Assembly (NCBI GenBank): GCA_963783385.1 | Contig: CAWANJ010000001.1 | Location: forward strand, 672,001-736,000 | Length of the DNA: 64,000 bases | Source of the DNA: an uncultured Gemmatimonadales bacterium | Lineage (GTDB): Bacteria; Gemmatimonadota; Gemmatimonadetes; Palauibacterales; Palauibacteraceae | Reading direction: 5' to 3' | In this document: in pieces, positions 43,413-53,362 of the stretch | Position numbering within the stretch: the stretch's first letter is position 1 | Layout of the letters: each line of letters begins with the position of its first letter | Program-made: the position numbers and the translations under genes | Notes under the pieces: model-generated | What the model was told of the DNA's origin: nothing | The model's database searches: none | Seen by the model: the letters and a program-made list of their open reading frames with translations, nothing else

Positions 43413-44391
43413 TCCACATGTAGCCGTGGTCTCCCCAGTTCGGCCCCCACGAGTTGCGGATTAGCCACGCCCCCTTCTTGTCATCCCAACCGACCAGGGC
43501 CACCTCGTGGTTGCAGCAGCTCCGCCAGGCGTGGTCATACTGGAAGACGCCTCCCGTGTAGTACTGGAAGCGGGCGTATGCGTTAACCCCTACGGAGAGG
43601 GGACCGTGTTGGGCGAGCGCGCGCTTGAGGGACGCCACGGACGGCTGGACCCACTTGGGCGAGACGAAATCCCAGCTCACGGCGCGGTAGGGCTTGGGGC
43701 TGGGATTCGGGCAGGAAGAGTCACGGCCCAAGTATGGCATCGTGGTCTCCGCGACCGTCCCACCCGCGACATAGTCCCGGAACACCTTGTCCGACCACCC
43801 GCCGGAGCAGCTCCCCGCGTTGGCGCACGCGCTGACCATGTGTTGCTCGGAGGCGTCCACGTGGCGGCCGTTCTCGATGAGGTTGGTGGATTCCAGGGAT
43901 GCGGCGGCCGCGAAGGCCCAGCAGGAGCCGCAGTTGCCCTGATCCCGCACCCGGCCGAAGGCCCCGTAATCGCGCCAGTCGAACGACGAGCGGGTGGCCA
44001 GCCCCGCGTCGAACCTCGGCGTCTGGCACGTGGTGGAGTGCTCACGGAGCACGGCCTCGATCCTGGCGATCTCCACGGCCATGGCGTGCTGGCGGGCGGC
44101 CTCGCGCCCGTACTCGTCCGGCGAGGGGAACCGGGCGCCGGTGATGCGCTCCAGGTCGTGATCCACGGCGGCCGTGTAGCCCACCGTGTAGTGCCAGCCG
44201 TTCTTCTCGATCTCCGTGCGGAGCCGCTGCAGCTCCTTCTTCACGGCGGGCGGGGCCGCGGCCTCCCGGTGCCGGTAGTAGTCCTGCTGGGCGCGCACCG
44301 GCACGGTCGCGAGCGCGGACAGGAGAGCCAGCCCGGCCGGCACCGCCAGCCAGCGTCCGGCCCGGGACACGAGCCTCGACACCCGTCGCAT
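43219..44391 (-). CDS. Secreted papain-family (C1A) cysteine peptidase
   Basis: Signal peptide, [35 protein letters not shown]. Confidence 0.92.
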   Translation of the reverse strand: MRRVSRLVSRAGRWLAVPAGLALLSALATVPVRAQQDYYRHREAAAPPAVKKELQRLRTEIEKNGWHYTVGYTAAVDHDLERITGARFPSPDEYGREAARQHAMAVEIARIEAVLREHSTTCQTPRFDAGLATRSSFDWRDYGAFGRVRDQGNCGSCWAFAAAASLESTNLIENGRHVDASEQHMVSACANAGSCSGGWSDKVFRDYVAGGTVAETTMPYLGRDSSCPNPSPKPYRAVSWDFVSPKWVQPSVASLKRALAQHGPLSVGVNAYARFQYYTGGVFQYDHAWRSCCNHEVALVGWDDKKGAWLIRNSWGPNWGDHGYMWIKYGSNDLGYAAAWVEPARWCWVHTDPYVLNRFVSEWSAIVRRYYGVTPEPLVESLQEASQQDR

Positions 44392-44557
44392 GCGTCCTCC
44401 TCGGTTGGGGGTGAGGATCTTCCCCCACAGAGCGGAAAACGCGGGCGAGCGCCGCCAATGAATGTTACGACGCTATGGGGCGTCCGGGGGCGGGCGCGGG
44501 TCGGCAGCGGGAGGTGCCGGCCGCCGGCGCTCGGTGGCGGCGACGGCCGGCCCCAGC

Positions 44558-46710
44558 CTACTTCTTCCCGGGCTTCAGGTGCCGGTCCATCCAGTCCATC
44601 CAGCGCCGGTACACGTCGGTGGTGCGCACGATGTCACCCGGGAAGTGGGAGTCGGCCGGGTAGGCCCAGAACTCCGTCTCCACCCCGTTGTCCCGGATGC
44701 CGTGGTACCACTCGAAGCTGTTCACGACCGGCACGTTGGGGTCGCCGATGTCTCCCATGACCAGCGTGGGGGCGGTCACGTTGCGGACCGAGCTGATGGG
44801 CGACTGGTCGCGCCAGATCTTCCAGATCCTTGGCCGTCCACGGGGAGCCGCCGAAGAAGTACAGGTCGCCCTGCTGGTAGAAGGCGATCGTGTAGTCCAT
44901 GACCCAGTCGGTGAGCGCGGCGCCGGCCACCGCCGCCTTCCACACGTGGTAGTGGCCGGTGAGCCACGTGGTCATGTAGCCGCCGTACGACCAGCCCGAC
45001 ACGCCGATGCGGGTCGTGTCGACCACGCCCAGCTTCTCGACCGCCGCCAGCCCCGCCATCACGTCCTTGCCCGGGCCCTCGCCGGTGTCGCGGTAGATGG
45101 CGTGCTGGTAGGCGTCGCCCAGGTTGATGCTGCCGCGGTAGTTGGGCTCGAACACCAGGTAGCCGCGCTCCGCCAGGAGCTGCGGCAGGATGGAGAAGCG
45201 CGCCGTGGACGCGCCCTCCGGGCCGCCGTGGATCACGAGGACCAGGGGTAGCTTCGTCCCCTTCCGGTAGTCGGGCGGATAGGTGAGGACGCCGTCCTCG
45301 TGGAAGCCGCCCGGGCCCGTCCACGCCACCGTGTCCACGCGCCCCAGGTGCAGGGAGTCGAGGAAGGCGTTGAAATGCGTGAGCTGCCTGGGCTTCGCGT
45401 CCGGGGAGGCCAGGTAGTAGAGCTGGCCCGGCTGGTCGGACGTCGCGCCGACGAAGGCCACGGCGCCCCCGTCCGAGACGCTCATCCCGCGAGTGGGCTG
45501 CACGTCGCCCAGGTCGAGGACCCGGGCCGGCCCGTCGGCCGGCTTCTCCCACAGGGCCGAGCGACCGCCGAGCGCGCCGGCCAGCAGGAAGGACTTACCG
45601 TCGGGGAGCCACTCGAAGCCCCCGATATCACGGGCCATGTCCGCCGTCACGTCGCGCACCCGCCCGTCGCGCAGCACGTACACGGCGTTGCCGTTGTTCA
45701 TGTCGCCGCCGCGGTCGCGGCTGGAAGGCGAGCGCGCCCCCCTTGGGGGCGAACTTCGGCCCTCCGGCGCCCTCGCCGGCCAGCAGCGTGTCGCCGGTCG
45801 TGCCGATGCGGACGGCGGCCGTGTCGGGCACCCCCACCGCCAGGGAGACCGCTCCGCCCGACGAGTCGGCCGCCACCGTGTCCACCCGGATCAGGGTCGA
45901 GCGGTAGGCGTTCCCGAACCACACGCCGGGATGGCGGACGACCAGGATCGACGCGCCGTCCGGGCTCCAGGCGGGCGGGGCCGCCCCGCCCGGCACCGTC
46001 TGCAGGCTCCAGCTCCCCGAGGTGAGGCGCTTCGCCTTCCCGCCGTCGGCCGGGATCATCCACAGGTGCCAGGGCTGGACGGCCTTGCGCACCTGGTAGT
46101 TGTTGAGGGTGACCTGGAAGGCGTCCTCGTGGTGCTTGATGGCCTTGGGGTCGGGGACCGTGTCCTGGGCGATGTAGGCGATCGAGCGACCGTCGGGGCT
46201 CCACGAGTAGGAGGAGATGCCGGTCTTCGAGTCGGTGAGCCGCATGGGGTCGCCGCCGTCCATGTGCAGCACCCACACCTGCGACTCCTTGGTGGCCGTG
46301 TCCCGCGCCACGAAGGCCAGGCGGTCCCCGGAGGGCGACCAGCGCGGCGAGGACACGCCATTGCGCCGGTAGGTGAGCGGCCGCATGGAGCCGCTGGCCA
46401 CGTCGACCAGGTCCAGCTCGCGGCGCGACTTGTCCTTCTCCCAGTCCTGGCGGCTCACCAGCACCGCGATCTTCTTCCCGTCCGGGCTGATCTCCGGGCT
46501 CCCCACCTGCACCAGCCGGCGCACGTCGGTGAGCCGGAAGGTGGTGTGCGGACCCGCCGTGTCGGCCGCGGCCGCCGTGTCGACGGGCACGCGGGCGGCG
46601 GGGGGCCGCGCCACGGACCGGGACGCGGGGCCCGCCGCGCCCGGCCCGGCGGGCGCGTGCGGGGACAGGGCCAGGACGAGGGCGAGCGCGGACAGGCTGG
46701 CGACGTTCAT
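44558..46710 (-). CDS. S9 family (prolyl oligopeptidase/acylaminoacyl) peptidase, frameshifts ~45720 and ~44820
   Basis: SPDG/WSP propeller repeats, IHGGP, PNYRGS, GWSYGG nucleophile, DPNVP, SHF. Confidence 0.9.
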
Positions 46711-46953
46711 GCTTCCTCCCTGGTTCCGCGGCCGGCTCCAGGCATTCCGTCTTCCCGCGGTCGAAGACCGGCCCAACGTCGCGCGCCGGCGGGAGGTCGG
46801 TCAAGTCCCGGCGCCGCGACGTGGCTCGTTTCGCGACTCCCGGGTATGTTCGGGGAAGCTTCGCCCCGGCCGGGCGCGCCGACCGGCGCCCGCGCCCGGG
46901 GCGCCGACGAGACAGCGATCGCGATCCACCCGGAAAGGCGACCTCTCCAGTCC

Positions 46954-48810
46954 ATGCAGACCAGCCCCGACGGCCCGTACCGCGAGGAGGACGCGCTCGG
47001 AAAGGCGTACGACGCCCGCCTCATGCGCCGCTTGCTGGCCTACGTGGGCCCCTACCGGAGGCAGGTGGTGGCGGCCGTCGGCATGCTGATCGCCGCCTCG
47101 GGGCTGGAGCTGGTGGGCCCGGGGATCACCAAGTTCGCCATCGACAACGCCTTCCCGAACCAGGACACCTCGCTCCTGGCCCTGCTGGCCGGCGCCTACG
47201 TGCTGTCGCTCGTCCTGTCCGCGGGGCTCTCCTACGCCAACACGATCCTCACCACGTGGATCGGCCAGTCCGTCATGAAGGACCTGCGGGGCGAGATCTT
47301 CTCGCACCTGCAGGGCCTGGACACCGCCTACTTCGACCGGAACCCGGTGGGGCGGCTGATGACCCGGGTGACCAGCGACGTCGAGGTGCTGAACGAGATG
47401 TTCACCTCGGGCGTGGTGACCATCTTCGGCGACGTGTTCACGCTGGTGTTCATCATGGCCGCCATGCTGATCATGGACTGGCGGCTGGCCCTGGTCACCT
47501 TCACCGTGCTGCCGCTGGTGACCGTGGCCGCGTGGCTGTTCCGGGTGCGCGTGCGCCAGGCCTACCGCGACATCCGCGTGCGGCTGGCCCGCATCAACGC
47601 CTTCCTGCAGGAGCGGATCAGCGGCATGTCCGTGGTCCAGCTGTTCCGGCAGGAGGCGCCCACCACGGACCGGTTCCGCGACATCAACGACGACTACCTG
47701 GAGGCGCACCTCCGGTCGATCACCTACTACGCCCTGTTCTTCCCGGTCGTCTCCTTCCTGTCCTCGCTGGCCCTGGCCCTGATCATCTGGTACGGCGGGA
47801 GCGCGGCCCTCAGGGGCGCGGTCACGCTGGGGACGATCGCCGCCTTCCTGCAGTACGCGCAGCGCTTCTTCCGGCCCATCCAGGACCTGTCGGAGAAGTA
47901 CAACGTCCTGCAGGGGGCGATGGCCAGCTCGGAGCGCATCTTCCGCCTCCTGGACGAGGAGCCGACGATCCGCGAGCCACGGGCCCCGGCGGCCCTCCCC
48001 ACGCCGGTGCGCGGGCGGATCGCGTTCGAGGACGTGTGGTTCCGCTACCTGGAGCCGGACGAGGCCACGCCCCCCACGCCGGCCGCGCTCGAGGGCGAGG
48101 GGCCGCGGCGCCAGTGGGTGCTGGAGGGCGTCGACTTCACGGTCGAGCCCGGCCAGCGGGTGGCCATCGTGGGCCCCACCGGGGAGGGGAAGACCACGAT
48201 CATCAACCTCCTGATGCGATTCTACGAGCCGCAGAAGGGCCGGATCACCCTGGACGGGGTGGACGTGCGGGACATCCCGCTGGCCACGCTGCGCTCCCAG
48301 ATGGGGCTCGTGCTCCAGGACATCTACCTGTTCTCGGGCTCGGCCGCGCACAACGTGCGGCTGGACCGCCCCGAGGTGACCGAGGAGCGCATGGAGGAGG
48401 CCGCCCGCCGCGTGGGCGTGAACCGGCACGTCGAGCGACTCGAGGGGGGGTGGGACCGGCCGCTGGGCGAGCGCGGCAGCCACCTGAGCGTGGGCGAGCG
48501 CCAGCTCCTGAGCTTCGCGCGCGCCCTGGCCGGGGACCCGCCCATCCTCCTGCTGGACGAGGCGACCAGCTCGGTGGACTCGGAGATCGAGGCCCAGATC
48601 GAGGCGGCCCTCGAGGAGCTCATGGCGGACCGCACCAGCCTGGTGGTGGCGCACCGCCTGTCCACGATCCGGCACGCCGACGCCATCCTGGTCCTGCACC
48701 ACGGGAAGATCCGCGAGGCCGGGACGCACGAGGAGCTCCTGGAGCGGGGCGGCCTATACGCCCGTCTGCACCGGCTGCAGTTCGCCTCGGCGCAGACCAC
48801 TGCCGCGTAG
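46954..48810 (+). CDS. ABC exporter, fused permease/ATPase
   Basis: TM domain, GRLMTRVTSDV, GPTGEGKTT, LSVGERQ, LDEATS, AHRLST. Confidence 0.92.
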   Translation: MQTSPDGPYREEDALGKAYDARLMRRLLAYVGPYRRQVVAAVGMLIAASGLELVGPGITKFAIDNAFPNQDTSLLALLAGAYVLSLVLSAGLSYANTILTTWIGQSVMKDLRGEIFSHLQGLDTAYFDRNPVGRLMTRVTSDVEVLNEMFTSGVVTIFGDVFTLVFIMAAMLIMDWRLALVTFTVLPLVTVAAWLFRVRVRQAYRDIRVRLARINAFLQERISGMSVVQLFRQEAPTTDRFRDINDDYLEAHLRSITYYALFFPVVSFLSSLALALIIWYGGSAALRGAVTLGTIAAFLQYAQRFFRPIQDLSEKYNVLQGAMASSERIFRLLDEEPTIREPRAPAALPTPVRGRIAFEDVWFRYLEPDEATPPTPAALEGEGPRRQWVLEGVDFTVEPGQRVAIVGPTGEGKTTIINLLMRFYEPQKGRITLDGVDVRDIPLATLRSQMGLVLQDIYLFSGSAAHNVRLDRPEVTEERMEEAARRVGVNRHVERLEGGWDRPLGERGSHLSVGERQLLSFARALAGDPPILLLDEATSSVDSEIEAQIEAALEELMADRTSLVVAHRLSTIRHADAILVLHHGKIREAGTHEELLERGGLYARLHRLQFASAQTTAA

Positions 48811-48818
48811 GGGGAGGC

Positions 48819-49088
48819 GTGAACCCCGTCGCCGTCGCCGCCCGCATCGACACCCGCTGGCTCCTGGTCCTCCTGGTCGTGGTGCTGGACGTGTGGTCCG
48901 CCGGCCTCGCGCTGCGCTCCCGCGCCTCCCGGCGCGAGCGCCTCCTGTGGGCCGCGGTCATCGTGCTGTGCCCGATCATCGGGCTGATGATCTGGTTCGT
49001 GCTGGGACCCAAGCCGCTGCTGGTGCCCGGGCGGCAGGGTGGCGACGGGAGCTGGCCCCGGCGCGAGGACGACGACGCGGGCGACTGA
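48819..49088 (+). CDS. PLDc_N-type two-TM small protein
   Basis: LLWAAVIVLCPIIGLMIWFVLGP; GGAGG SD before GTG. Confidence 0.75.
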   Translation: MNPVAVAARIDTRWLLVLLVVVLDVWSAGLALRSRASRRERLLWAAVIVLCPIIGLMIWFVLGPKPLLVPGRQGGDGSWPRREDDDAGD

Positions 49089-49135
49089 CGGAGGGGCGGC
49101 GGGCTGACGGAGGGCGGCGGCCCAGCGGCCGGCCC

Positions 49136-50515
49136 TCAGCCCCCGCCGCGCTCCACGAGCCGCTCGATGAGGTCCGCCGTGCGCTCGGCCGCCCCCCGCC
49201 CTTCCTCGACGTAGGACCGCGCGGCGGCGCCGTGCCGTGCGCGCTCCGCCCCGTCCGACAGGAGTCGCGCCAGCACCTCCGCCGCCGTCGAGGGGCCGAC
49301 CTCGAGCGCCCCGCCCCGCTCCAGGAGGTCGGCAGCCTCGCGGCGCGCGTGCCGGCGCCCGAACAGCACCGGGATCCCGGCGGCGGCCGGCTCGACCACC
49401 GAGTGGAGCCCGTCCGTTCCGAGCCCGCCCCCCACGTAGGCCAGGTCCGCGAACGCGTACAGCCCGGCCAGGAGGCCGACCCGGTCGATCACGAGGGGGG
49501 TGAGCGCCCGACCCGCATCGTTCGCGGGGTCGCCGTCCGCCGCCGGCCCGGCCTCGGACCAGAGCCGCGGCCGCACGCCCAGGATCCGTAGGCTGGCCTC
49601 CGACACGCGCTCGAGGGCGGCGCGGTCGGGCTCGTGCGGGACCAGGACGAGGGCCACCGGCCGCCCGGCCGCCCGGGCCGCGGCCACCGCCGAGAGGAGG
49701 AGGGCCTCGTCGCGCGGCCACGTCGAGCCGCCCACGAGCACCGGGACGCGACCATCGGTCGCCTCCGCCCGACCCTCGAGCCCCAGCGCCGCCGGCAGGC
49801 GCGACGCCTCCGAGCCGGGCTCGCGGGCCTCGCGCACCCGGGCCGCGGCCCGATCGAAGGCGGCATCCCCCGTGACCACCACCGCCCCGGGCCGGGCGCC
49901 GAGGAGGCGGAGGCGCGCGGCGTCCTCCTCGGACACGGCGCCGGCCAGGTCGAGGCGGGCGTAGGTGCCGGCCAGGAGCTGGACCGCCGGCCAGTGGAGG
50001 CGGGAGCTGCGCGGGCCGACCGTCCCGTTCACGAGGCCGAGGGGCACGCCCCGGACCGACGCCGAGGCCACCAGCCCGGGCCACAGGTCCGCCTTGGCGA
50101 ACACGAGGGCCGACGGACGCACGGCGTCCAGGGCGCGGCCCGTCTCGCGCAGCGTGTCGAGCGGGAGGGCCCCGGACCCGTCGGGCGACAGGGCGGGCAC
50201 GGCCGCCTCGGCCGAGGGGGAGAACCAGGTGACGACGAGCTGGAGGTCGAGCCGCTCGCGGAGGCGCTCGACGGCGGGCACGGCCCCGAGGAGCTCGCCC
50301 GCCGACGCGCCATGCAGCCACACGGCCGGACGGGTCGGGTCGCGGCCGGCCGCCGCCCACGCCTCGAGCCGGGCCACGGCGCCGCGGCGGGCCGCCACGC
50401 CCCGGGCCCGCTTGGGGGAGCCGAGGCCGGCCAGGGGGAGGAGGGGCCGTGACGCCTCCACGGCCAGGCTCCAGGCGCGGATCCCGAGGCCGGGCTTCAC
50501 GCGGCCGGGCGTCAC
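49136..50515 (-). CDS. waaA: Kdo transferase-like glycosyltransferase
   Basis: WLHGASAGE, LPLD, DLWP, GSTW, VPHEP, YVGGG..GLHSVVEPA. Confidence 0.8.
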   Translation of the reverse strand: MTPGRVKPGLGIRAWSLAVEASRPLLPLAGLGSPKRARGVAARRGAVARLEAWAAAGRDPTRPAVWLHGASAGELLGAVPAVERLRERLDLQLVVTWFSPSAEAAVPALSPDGSGALPLDTLRETGRALDAVRPSALVFAKADLWPGLVASASVRGVPLGLVNGTVGPRSSRLHWPAVQLLAGTYARLDLAGAVSEEDAARLRLLGARPGAVVVTGDAAFDRAAARVREAREPGSEASRLPAALGLEGRAEATDGRVPVLVGGSTWPRDEALLLSAVAAARAAGRPVALVLVPHEPDRAALERVSEASLRILGVRPRLWSEAGPAADGDPANDAGRALTPLVIDRVGLLAGLYAFADLAYVGGGLGTDGLHSVVEPAAAGIPVLFGRRHARREAADLLERGGALEVGPSTAAEVLARLLSDGAERARHGAAARSYVEEGRGAAERTADLIERLVERGGG

Positions 50516-50577
50516 GCGGCGCCTCCCGCGGCCGGCGGGTCTGGCTCGCGGCGCCGGCCCGTCCCCATCTTGGGGCC

Positions 50578-51639
50578 ATGCGCTTCCTGGGCAACAAGAC
50601 CCGCCTCCTCCCCTTCCTGCTGGACAGCGTCGAGGCGCTCGGCATCGAGCCGGGCGTGGCCTGCGACCCGTTCGCGGGAACGGCGAGCGTGGCGCGCGCG
50701 CTCAAGCAGCGCGGCTGGCGGGTGCACGCCGGCGACCTGCTGGCCTGCTCCTACGCGCTCCAGGTGGCGCGCGTCGAGCTGGACCGCACGCCCGGGTTCC
50801 GGGTGCCGGCCCGCCTGTCCTACGCGGCCCTCCTCGAGCGGCTCGAGGACCTGGAGCCCCGGCACGGCTTCGTGACCGAGCACTACACGACGGCCGGGGA
50901 GGCCGGGGCGCGGCACGGGCGCATGTACTTCACCCCCGAGAACGCGCGCCGCATCGACGCGGTGCGGGAGAGGGTCGCGGCCTGGAGCGCGGCCGGGCAC
51001 CTGGACGAGGCGCGCGAGCAGCTCCTGCTGGCGACCCTGATCGAGGCGGCCGACCGGGTGGCCAACACGACGGGCGTATACGCCTCCTTCGTGAAGACCC
51101 TGCAGCCCAACGCCGTGAAGCCCCTGGAGCTCCGGGCGATCCGGCCGACGCCGGCGCGGAACGGCTCGGCCGGGTGCACGGCCTCGCGGAGGCCGGCCGC
51201 CGACCTGCTGGCCGAGCGCGGGAGCGTGGACCTGGTCTACCTGGACCCTCCCTACAACGAGCGCCAGTACCCCGCCTACTACCACATTCCCGAGCTGCTG
51301 GCGGAGGGGTGGGGGGAGGAGCCGGAGCTGCGCGGCAAGACGGGGCTCATCCCGGACGAGGACCGGCGCTCGGACTGGTGCCGGCGCCGGGAGTGCGAGG
51401 ACGCGCTGCGGACGCTGCTGGAGGCGGCGGACACCCGGCATCTCCTCCTCAGCTACAACGACGAGGGGCTCCTGGAGTCGGGGCGTATCGAGGCGGCGCT
51501 GCGGGCGTGGGGGGATCCGGACAGCTACGACTGCCTGGAGCGGCCCTACCGCCGCTACCGGAGCGATGGGGACGGGCCCAACCGGCGCTATACCCGCGAC
51601 CGGGTGCGCGAGCGGCTCCACTACGTGCGGGGGCGCTGA
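50578..51639 (+). CDS. N6-adenine DNA methyltransferase (D12/Dam class)
   Basis: MRFLGNK, DPFAGTASV (motif I), YLDPPYN (motif IV), LSYN. Confidence 0.88.
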   Translation: MRFLGNKTRLLPFLLDSVEALGIEPGVACDPFAGTASVARALKQRGWRVHAGDLLACSYALQVARVELDRTPGFRVPARLSYAALLERLEDLEPRHGFVTEHYTTAGEAGARHGRMYFTPENARRIDAVRERVAAWSAAGHLDEAREQLLLATLIEAADRVANTTGVYASFVKTLQPNAVKPLELRAIRPTPARNGSAGCTASRRPAADLLAERGSVDLVYLDPPYNERQYPAYYHIPELLAEGWGEEPELRGKTGLIPDEDRRSDWCRRRECEDALRTLLEAADTRHLLLSYNDEGLLESGRIEAALRAWGDPDSYDCLERPYRRYRSDGDGPNRRYTRDRVRERLHYVRGR

Positions 51640-51654
51640 GCACGCACCGCGGCG

Positions 51655-52002
51655 CTACGCCCCGTCCGGACCCTCCTCCGGGTCGGGGCCCCCGTCGAAC
51701 TCCTCGAGGCCCGACTCCAGCTCCTCGAACAGCTCCCGGTCGCGCTCGAGCGCCTCGCGCACGATGCGGCGGGACTCGCGCTCGACCGGGTCCTCGATGG
51801 GGAGGAGGCGCTCGGTGAAGCGGACCTCGTAGTCGAACAGCAGGCGGCGCAGGTCGCCCAGCCGCCCCAGGAGAAGGGGCGTGGCCTTCGTGAGCCGCCC
51901 CTCCCGCTCCAGCCGCTGCACCAGCTCCGCGAAGCCGAGCAGGGCCCGGCGGACCCGGCTCTCCTCCGGCTGCGCTTCGTGCTCGATCTCGTCGTCCCTC
52001 AC
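51655..52002 (-). CDS. Hypothetical helical protein
   Basis: 115-aa ORF with host-like codon usage and GGAGG upstream; follows infC. Confidence 0.65.
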   Translation of the reverse strand: MRDDEIEHEAQPEESRVRRALLGFAELVQRLEREGRLTKATPLLLGRLGDLRRLLFDYEVRFTERLLPIEDPVERESRRIVREALERDRELFEELESGLEEFDGGPDPEEGPDGA

Positions 52003-52042
52003 GGCGTCCTCCGGGCCGGGCGCTGCGCCCGGCCTCCCCGTT

Positions 52043-52561
52043 CTACACTTCCCACCCCTGCGGGACCAGCATCATGGTCATGTTGCGGCCCTCGAGCCCC
52101 GAGCGGGACTGGACCTGGGCGATGTCGCCGAGCTGTTCCGTGATGCGGTCCAGGAGCTCGATGCCCAGCTCCGGCCTGCGCAGCTCGCGGTACCGGAACA
52201 TGATCGTGACTTTGACCTTGTTGCCCTGCTCGATGAACTCGCGGGCATGGCGCGTCTTGAAGTCGAAGTCGTGGTCCTCGATCTTGGGTCGGAACTTGAC
52301 TTCCTTGACCTCGACCGTGTGCTGGTGCTTCTTGGCCTCCTTCTCGGCCTTGGCCTGCTCGTACTTGAACCGTCCGTAGTCCATCAGACGGACCACCGGC
52401 GGCCTCGCGTTGGGCGCCACCTCCACCATGTCCAGGTTCCGGTCCGCGGCCAGCTCTCTCGCCTCGTCCAGGGAGACCACCCCGACCTGCTCCCCTTCCT
52501 CGTCCACCAGCCGCACCGGGCTCACCCGGATGTCTTCGTTCACTCTGTGCTCGTTAGTGAT
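52043..52561 (-). CDS. infC: Translation initiation factor IF-3 (probable ATC start)
   Basis: RVNEDIR..VRLVD, PPVVRLMDYGRFKYE, VKEVKFRPKI, GNKVKV; GGAGG-N7-ATC in frame. Confidence 0.95.
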   Translation of the reverse strand: MTNEHRVNEDIRVSPVRLVDEEGEQVGVVSLDEARELAADRNLDMVEVAPNARPPVVRLMDYGRFKYEQAKAEKEAKKHQHTVEVKEVKFRPKIEDHDFDFKTRHAREFIEQGNKVKVTIMFRYRELRRPELGIELLDRITEQLGDIAQVQSRSGLEGRNMTMMLVPQGWEV

Positions 52562-52629
52562 GCTCCAACCTCCTTCTCGGGTACACGGTCACGTCACGAT
52601 AGGGACGCCGCGGGGCGGAAGGCCCCGGA

Positions 52630-52956
52630 TCAGGCGTCCACGTCCTCCGGCTCCAGGAACGACACGTCCGGCGTCTGGAGCGCCCCGGCCATGAAGCCGA
52701 GCGCCAGGATGGCCACGCCGAACACGAGCAGGTTCCAGGGCCGACGCGCCCAGTCGATGCCGGACGACAGGGCCAGCCACCCGCCGGCCACCACCAGGAG
52801 CGACGGCCCCCAGCCGGCCAGGGTAAGCAAGCCGCAGGCCGCCGCGGCCAATCCCCCGGCCAGCGGCACCCAGGCGGGCGCGTACGAGTACAGGCCCGCC
52901 ACCACGAGGGCCGCCCCGATCACGCTCGCGGCGTACCCGAAGCCGTCACGACTCAT
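52630..52956 (-). CDS. Hypothetical four-TM membrane protein
   Basis: 108-aa hydrophobic ORF with GAGG SD. Confidence 0.65.
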   Translation of the reverse strand: MSRDGFGYAASVIGAALVVAGLYSYAPAWVPLAGGLAAAACGLLTLAGWGPSLLVVAGGWLALSSGIDWARRPWNLLVFGVAILALGFMAGALQTPDVSFLEPEDVDA

Positions 52957-53059
52957 CCGATGCCTCTCCGCGTATGTGCGGGGACGCCGCTTGCCGCGCG
53001 TCGCCCTTTCGCTTCACTTGCTCGCTGGAAACCCCAACGATTCGGATTCAGAAAGATAG

Positions 53060-53353
53060 ATGACAGAGGCCGATCGAATCCAGTGCGCGCGCTGCGGACG
53101 CGAGGACGCGCCCGCCCTTCCCTCGCCTCCGTTCCGGAACGAGCTGGGGGGCCGCATCCAGCGGGAGATCTGCCGGACCTGCTGGGAGGAGTGGAAGCAG
53201 CGCCAGATGCTGCTCATCAACCACTACGGCCTCAACCTGCAGGAGCCCGACGCGCGCGAGTTCCTGCTCGTCAACCTGCGCTCGTTCCTGTTCGGCGAGG
53301 GCCCCGACGGCGCCCCCATCGACAGCTCGAAGGAGGGCGACGTCTCCTGGTAG
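53060..53353 (+). CDS. YggX-like Fe(II)-trafficking / oxidative damage protection protein
   Basis: PPFRNELGGRI..IC..CWEEWKQRQMLLINHYGLN..AREFL. Confidence 0.85.
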   Translation: MTEADRIQCARCGREDAPALPSPPFRNELGGRIQREICRTCWEEWKQRQMLLINHYGLNLQEPDAREFLLVNLRSFLFGEGPDGAPIDSSKEGDVSW

Positions 53354-53362
53354 CGCGCCGGC

